A DNA stretch of 64,000 nucleotides from Thalia democratica (lineage: Eukaryota): positions 49,910,001 through 49,974,000 of the forward strand of contig OZ241831.1 in assembly GCA_965202585.1 (NCBI GenBank). Reading direction: 5' to 3'. The position numbers were made by a program, and so were the translations under genes. This document shows, piece by piece, positions 58,528 to 64,000 of this stretch; the first letter of the stretch is position 1; every line of letters starts with the position of its first letter. The notes below the pieces were generated by a model. The model searched no databases. It saw only the letters and a list, made by a program, of their open reading frames with translations, and was not told the DNA's origin.

Positions 58528-59631
58528 GTGGCCAAGTGCGCCAAGTCGCATTGTCTATTGATTTTATGTTGCTATAGAAATTCATTAGAACTCATAAGAA
58601 ATCAATGCGTTTCGACACTGTTTCGAGGTCGTATGTTCATCGTTTTCATAAACGCCTCTTGTTTTCTTATCGAAGTAGCTATGCCGAAGCTCGTATATAT
58701 ACGCGTCAGTTCGGTTGGAAGTGTGAATTTGTGTGCAAAAAGTCCAGAGAAAGAGAGCTCATATATTCGAAAAGAAGAGAATTATGCAAATTTTCGGACA
58801 CAATTTTTTAATGATTTTGAGTCTACACCTGAAAGAGTTAGTGAAATCGACTGCGCAGAAATGAGTTTCACCGAAGGGAGTTTCTTCGACAAAGCGGCGT
58901 CCGGATTGGTTGAAATAGAGCGCGAGTGGGGCAGGCGACGGGCGTTCAAGAGGTACCTCGAGTCGCTGCTGGACCAGTGCAAGAAACTGAGCAACGTCAG
59001 AAAGCACCACGAAAAGTACGTTGCCGAGCAGAAAAAGTTCAAGCAATTTTGCCGCGGCGTGGCGCTGAAGGAAGAGCACAATCGAATGCAGAAAGTCGCT
59101 TGGGAGTGGGTTTACAGGAAGGAGGGGGAAGCCAAGCTGGAGAACGTGTTCATCGGGAACTTTTCGTTTTTTCGAAAAATTTTCTTCGTGCACAGCAGCT
59201 TGAGAGAAGAAGACAGGATCGCGCCAAATGGTTGTTCTGCGAAGATCAACAACGAGTTAGACGCGGCTTCGGAAGCGTTTAAAAAGTTCAGTTCGGACAA
59301 CGAGTTCTTTTTAAACAACGCCGCCATCAAGCCGAACTTTTTAGTGGACGACCTGCTAGGTTATGAGATAAACGCCGGCAACGTACGCAACTTTTTCAAC
59401 CACCGTGTGGCGAACGTGAGCAACTATTCGCCCGACTACGAGTTCGACGTTCGAAACATGGTCCGTTTCGTCAACGGGGAGAGCAGAATGAAGTCCATGG
59501 TGCCTGAGGTGCAGCGGGTGAGCAGGAAGCTCGCTGCAGGTAACAACTGCAAAATTTGCTTGAGTGAAGCAGAACGAGAGTTGAATTTGCTGAACAACAA
59601 ATACGACTTTGAAAACATTAAGTTGAATTAA
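58528..59631 (+). CDS. U36, unique variant, open from GTG or internal ATG; first ATG 58518 out of frame (VNTR -8)
   Basis: ORF track 367 aa. Confidence 0.55.
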   Translation: MAKCAKSHCLLILCCYRNSLELIRNQCVSTLFRGRMFIVFINASCFLIEVAMPKLVYIRVSSVGSVNLCAKSPEKESSYIRKEENYANFRTQFFNDFESTPERVSEIDCAEMSFTEGSFFDKAASGLVEIEREWGRRRAFKRYLESLLDQCKKLSNVRKHHEKYVAEQKKFKQFCRGVALKEEHNRMQKVAWEWVYRKEGEAKLENVFIGNFSFFRKIFFVHSSLREEDRIAPNGCSAKINNELDAASEAFKKFSSDNEFFLNNAAIKPNFLVDDLLGYEINAGNVRNFFNHRVANVSNYSPDYEFDVRNMVRFVNGESRMKSMVPEVQRVSRKLAAGNNCKICLSEAERELNLLNNKYDFENIKLN

Positions 59632-59728
59632 AACAATAACTTTCAAAGTTTTTTTTATTTAATTAATAACTAAATTTCATCAATGATAAGCTAAGTAAGT
59701 ATTTAGATTTTTGCAATAAGAACTTATC

Positions 59729-60849
59729 ATGCGCCAAGGTGGCCAAGTGCGCCAAGTCGCCAAGTCGCATTGTCTATTGATTTTATGTTGCTATAGAAAT
59801 TCATTAGAACTCATAAGAAATCAATGCGTTTCGACACTGTTTCGAGGTCGTATGTTCATCGTTTTCATAAACGCCTCTTGTTTTCTTATCGAAGTAGCTA
59901 TGCCGAAGCTAGTATATATACGCGTCAGTTCGGTTGGAAGTGTGAATTTGTGTGCAAAAAGTCCAGAGGAAGAGAGCCCATATATTCGAAAAGAAGAGAA
60001 TTATGCAAATTTTCGGACACAATTTTTGAATGATTTTGAGTCTTCACCTGAAAGAGTTAGTGAAATCGACTGCGCAGAAACGAGTTTCACCGAAGGGAGT
60101 TTCTTCGACAAAGCGGCGTCCGGATTGGTTGAAATAGAGCGGGAGTGGGGCAGGCGACGGGCGTTCAAGAGGTACCTCGAGTCGCTGCTGATCCGGTGCG
60201 AGAAACTGAACAACGTCAGAAAGCACCACGAAAAGTACATCGCCGAGCAGAAGAATTTCAAGCAATTTTGCCGCGGCGTGGCGCTGAAGGAAGAGCACAA
60301 TCGAATGCAGAAAGTCGCTTGGGAGTGGGTTTACAGGAAGGAGGGGAAGAAAAGCTGGAGAACGTGTTCATCGGGTACTTTTCGTTTTTTCGAAAAATTT
60401 TCTTCGTGCAGAGCAGCTTGAGAGAAGAAGACAGGATCGCGCCCAATGGTTATTCTGTGCAGATCAACAACGAGTTGGACGCGGCTTCGGAAGCGTTCAA
60501 AAAGTTCAGTTCGGACAACGAGTTCTTTTTGAACAACGCCGCCATCAAGCCGAACTTTTTAGTGGACGACCTGCTAGGTTATGAGATAAACGCCGGCAAC
60601 GTACGCAACTTTTTCAACCACCGTGTGGCGAACGTGAGCAACTATTCGCCCGACTACGAGTTCGACGTTCGAAACATGGTCCGTTTCGTCAACGGGGAGA
60701 GCAGAATGAAGTCCATGGTGCCTGAGGTGCAGCGGGTGAGCAGGAAGCTCGCTGCAGGTAACAACTGCAAAATTTGCTTGAGTGAAGCAGAACGAGAGTT
60801 GAATTTGCTGAACAACAAATACGACTTTGAAAACATTAAGTTGAATTAA
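59729..60849 (+). pseudogene. U37, -1 frameshift near 60347 (ggggaagaaaag)
   Basis: Split 230 + 234 aa ORFs. Confidence 0.8.
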
Positions 60850-60946
60850 AACAATAACTTTCAAAGTTTTTTTTATTTAATTAATAACTAAATTTCATCA
60901 ATGATAAGCTAAGTAAGTATTTAGATTTTTGCAATAAGAACTTATC

Positions 60947-62067
60947 ATGCGCCAAGGTGGCCAAGTGCGCCAAGTCGCCAAGTCGCATTGTCTATTGATT
61001 TTATGTTGCTATAGAAATTCATTAGAACTCATAAGAAATCAATGCGTTTCGACACTGTTTCGAGGTCGTATGTTCATCGTTTTCATAAACGCCTCTTGTT
61101 TTCTTATCGAAGTAGCTATGCCGAAGCTAGTATATATACGCGTCAGTTCGGTTGGAAGTGTGAATTTGTGTGCAAAAAGTCCAGAGGAAGAGAGCCCATA
61201 TATTCGAAAAGAAGAGAATTATGCAAATTTTCGGACACAATTTTTGAATGATTTTGAGTCTTCACCTGAAAGAGTTAGTGAAATCGACTGCGCAGAAACG
61301 AGTTTCACCGAAGGGAGTTTCTTCGACAAAGCGGCGTCCGGATTGGTTGAAATAGAGCGGGAGTGGGGCAGGCGACGGGCGTTCAAGAGGTACCTCGAGT
61401 CGCTGCTGATCCGGTGCGAGAAACTGAACAACGTCAGAAAGCACCACGAAAAGTACATCGCCGAGCAGAAGAATTTCAAGCAATTTTGCCGCGGCGTGGC
61501 GCTGAAGGAAGAGCACAATCGAATGCAGAAAGTCGCTTGGGAGTGGGTTTACAGGAAGGAGGGGAAGAAAAGCTGGAGAACGTGTTCATCGGGTACTTTT
61601 CGTTTTTTCGAAAAATTTTCTTCGTGCAGAGCAGCTTGAGAGAAGAAGACAGGATCGCGCCCAATGGTTATTCTGTGCAGATCAACAACGAGTTGGACGC
61701 GGCTTCGGAAGCGTTCAAAAAGTTCAGTTCGGACAACGAGTTCTTTTTGAACAACGCCGCCATCAAGCCGAACTTTTTAGTGGACGACCTGCTAGGTTAT
61801 GAGATAAACGCCGGCAACGTACGCAACTTTTTCAACCACCGTGTGGCGAACGTGAGCAACTATTCGCCCGACTACGAGTTCGACGTTCGAAACATGGTCC
61901 GTTTCGTCAACGGGGAGAGCAGAATGAAGTCCATGGTGCCTGAGGTGCAGCGGGTGAGCAGGAAGCTCGCTGCAGGTAACAACTGCAAAATTTGCTTGAG
62001 TGAAGCAGAACGAGAGTTGAATTTGCTGAACAACAAATACGACTTTGAAAACATTAAGTTGAATTAA
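60947..62067 (+). pseudogene. U38, copy of U37
   Basis: Same lesion. Confidence 0.8.
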
Positions 62068-62164
62068 AACAATAACTTTCAAAGTTTTTTTTATTTAATT
62101 AATAACTAAATTTCATCAATGATAAGCTAAGTAAGTATTTAGATTTTTGCAATAAGAACTTATC

Positions 62165-63285
62165 ATGCGCCAAGGTGGCCAAGTGCGCCAAGTCGCCAAG
62201 TCGCATTGTCTATTGATTTTATGTTGCTATAGAAATTCATTAGAACTCATAAGAAATCAATGCGTTTCGACACTGTTTCGAGGTCGTATGTTCATCGTTT
62301 TCATAAACGCCTCTTGTTTTCTTATCGAAGTAGCTATGCCGAAGCTAGTATATATACGCGTCAGTTCGGTTGGAAGTGTGAATTTGTGTGCAAAAAGTCC
62401 AGAGGAAGAGAGCCCATATATTCGAAAAGAAGAGAATTATGCAAATTTTCGGACACAATTTTTGAATGATTTTGAGTCTTCACCTGAAAGAGTTAGTGAA
62501 ATCGACTGCGCAGAAACGAGTTTCACCGAAGGGAGTTTCTTCGACAAAGCGGCGTCCGGATTGGTTGAAATAGAGCGGGAGTGGGGCAGGCGACGGGCGT
62601 TCAAGAGGTACCTCGAGTCGCTGCTGATCCGGTGCGAGAAACTGAACAACGTCAGAAAGCACCACGAAAAGTACATCGCCGAGCAGAAGAATTTCAAGCA
62701 ATTTTGCCGCGGCGTGGCGCTGAAGGAAGAGCACAATCGAATGCAGAAAGTCGCTTGGGAGTGGGTTTACAGGAAGGAGGGGAAGAAAAGCTGGAGAACG
62801 TGTTCATCGGGTACTTTTCGTTTTTTCGAAAAATTTTCTTCGTGCAGAGCAGCTTGAGAGAAGAAGACAGGATCGCGCCCAATGGTTATTCTGTGCAGAT
62901 CAACAACGAGTTGGACGCGGCTTCGGAAGCGTTCAAAAAGTTCAGTTCGGACAACGAGTTCTTTTTGAACAACGCCGCCATCAAGCCGAACTTTTTAGTG
63001 GACGACCTGCTAGGTTATGAGATAAACGCCGGCAACGTACGCAACTTTTTCAACCACCGTGTGGCGAACGTGAGCAACTATTCGCCCGACTACGAGTTCG
63101 ACGTTCGAAACATGGTCCGTTTCGTCAACGGGGAGAGCAGAATGAAGTCCATGGTGCCTGAGGTGCAGCGGGTGAGCAGGAAGCTCGCTGCAGGTAACAA
63201 CTGCAAAATTTGCTTGAGTGAAGCAGAACGAGAGTTGAATTTGCTGAACAACAAATACGACTTTGAAAACATTAAGTTGAATTAA
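62165..63285 (+). pseudogene. U39, copy of U37
   Basis: Same lesion. Confidence 0.8.
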
Positions 63286-63382
63286 AACAATAACTTTCAA
63301 AGTTTTTTTTATTTAATTAATAACTAAATTTCATCAATGATAAGCTAAGTAAGTATTTAGATTTTTGCAATAAGAACTTATC

Positions 63383-64000
63383 ATGCGCCAAGGTGGCCAA
63401 GTGCGCCAAGTCGCCAAGTCGCATTGTCTATTGATTTTATGTTGCTATAGAAATTCATTAGAACTCATAAGAAATCAATGCGTTTCGACACTGTTTCGAG
63501 GTCGTATGTTCATCGTTTTCATAAACGCCTCTTGTTTTCTTATCGAAGTAGCTATGCCGAAGCTAGTATATATACGCGTCAGTTCGGTTGGAAGTGTGAA
63601 TTTGTGTGCAAAAAGTCCAGAGGAAGAGAGCCCATATATTCGAAAAGAAGAGAATTATGCAAATTTTCGGACACAATTTTTGAATGATTTTGAGTCTTCA
63701 CCTGAAAGAGTTAGTGAAATCGACTGCGCAGAAACGAGTTTCACCGAAGGGAGTTTCTTCGACAAAGCGGCGTCCGGATTGGTTGAAATAGAGCGGGAGT
63801 GGGGCAGGCGACGGGCGTTCAAGAGGTACCTCGAGTCGCTGCTGATCCGGTGCGAGAAACTGAACAACGTCAGAAAGCACCACGAAAAGTACATCGCCGA
63901 GCAGAAGAATTTTAAGCAGTTTTGCCGCGGCGTGGCGCTGAAGGAAGAGCACAATCGAATGCAGAAAGTCGCTTGGGAGTGGGTTTACAGGAAGGAGGGG
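63383..64000 (+). other. U40, partial unit cut by the window end (U37-like)
   Basis: Open as far as visible. The window ends just before the U37 lesion site. Confidence 0.85.

Larger units (their letters stand above)
15115..64000 (+). repeat. Coding macrosatellite: head-to-tail array, unit 1198-1220 bp, 39 complete units plus 1 partial
   Basis: The ORF end ...AAGTT(G/A)AATTAA recurs at 15899, 17101, 18299 ... 63285. The unit junction is TCGACT (15115 vs 16317). Confidence 0.99.

Noticed and set aside
15120-63954. Many overlapping ORFs in other frames and on the minus strand (MGQATG..., MRFDTV..., MQKVQR..., MFSKSY..., MKVIVL..., MLFLQR...)
   Set aside because: Shadow ORFs of the GC-rich main frame, multiplied by the repeat. 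The 193- and 234-aa hybrids are by-products of frameshifts.
14862-64000. Diversity-generating retroelement as the source of hypervariability
   Set aside because: No reverse transcriptase in the window, no TR/VR pair, and the changes are not adenine-specific.

Overview
AT-rich eukaryotic genomic DNA (standard code, GT-AG introns). I found no rRNA, tRNA, CRISPR or recognisable enzyme genes. About 75% of the window (15.1-64 kb) is a head-to-tail coding macrosatellite of 39 complete units plus one partial unit, each 1198-1220 bp. Each unit fuses a ~420-bp AT-rich leader to the 3' ~785 bp of a unique 'progenitor' ORF at 14.7-15.9 kb, giving a chimeric ORF of up to 373 aa that I do not recognise. 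Ten units are fully open, 7 are open from an internal ATG, and 22 carry shared nonsense or frameshift lesions. The units form subfamilies and higher-order repeats and contain a few hypervariable codons. A truncated unit at 1-613 suggests another array lies upstream. The 14-kb spacer between them holds four things: (i) a GC-richer ~750-nt segment full of G-U-containing helices (candidate large structured RNA), followed by a perfect 114-bp palindrome and three 75-bp repeats carrying GAAA-tetraloop hairpins plus T-tracts; (ii) three copies of a ~330-380-bp MITE; (iii) a phase-consistent chain of small + strand exons (8.6-14.3 kb) that the ORF track misses and that may splice into the progenitor ORF; (iv) a few possible minus-strand exons. 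No homology search could be run, so all functional statements are inference.
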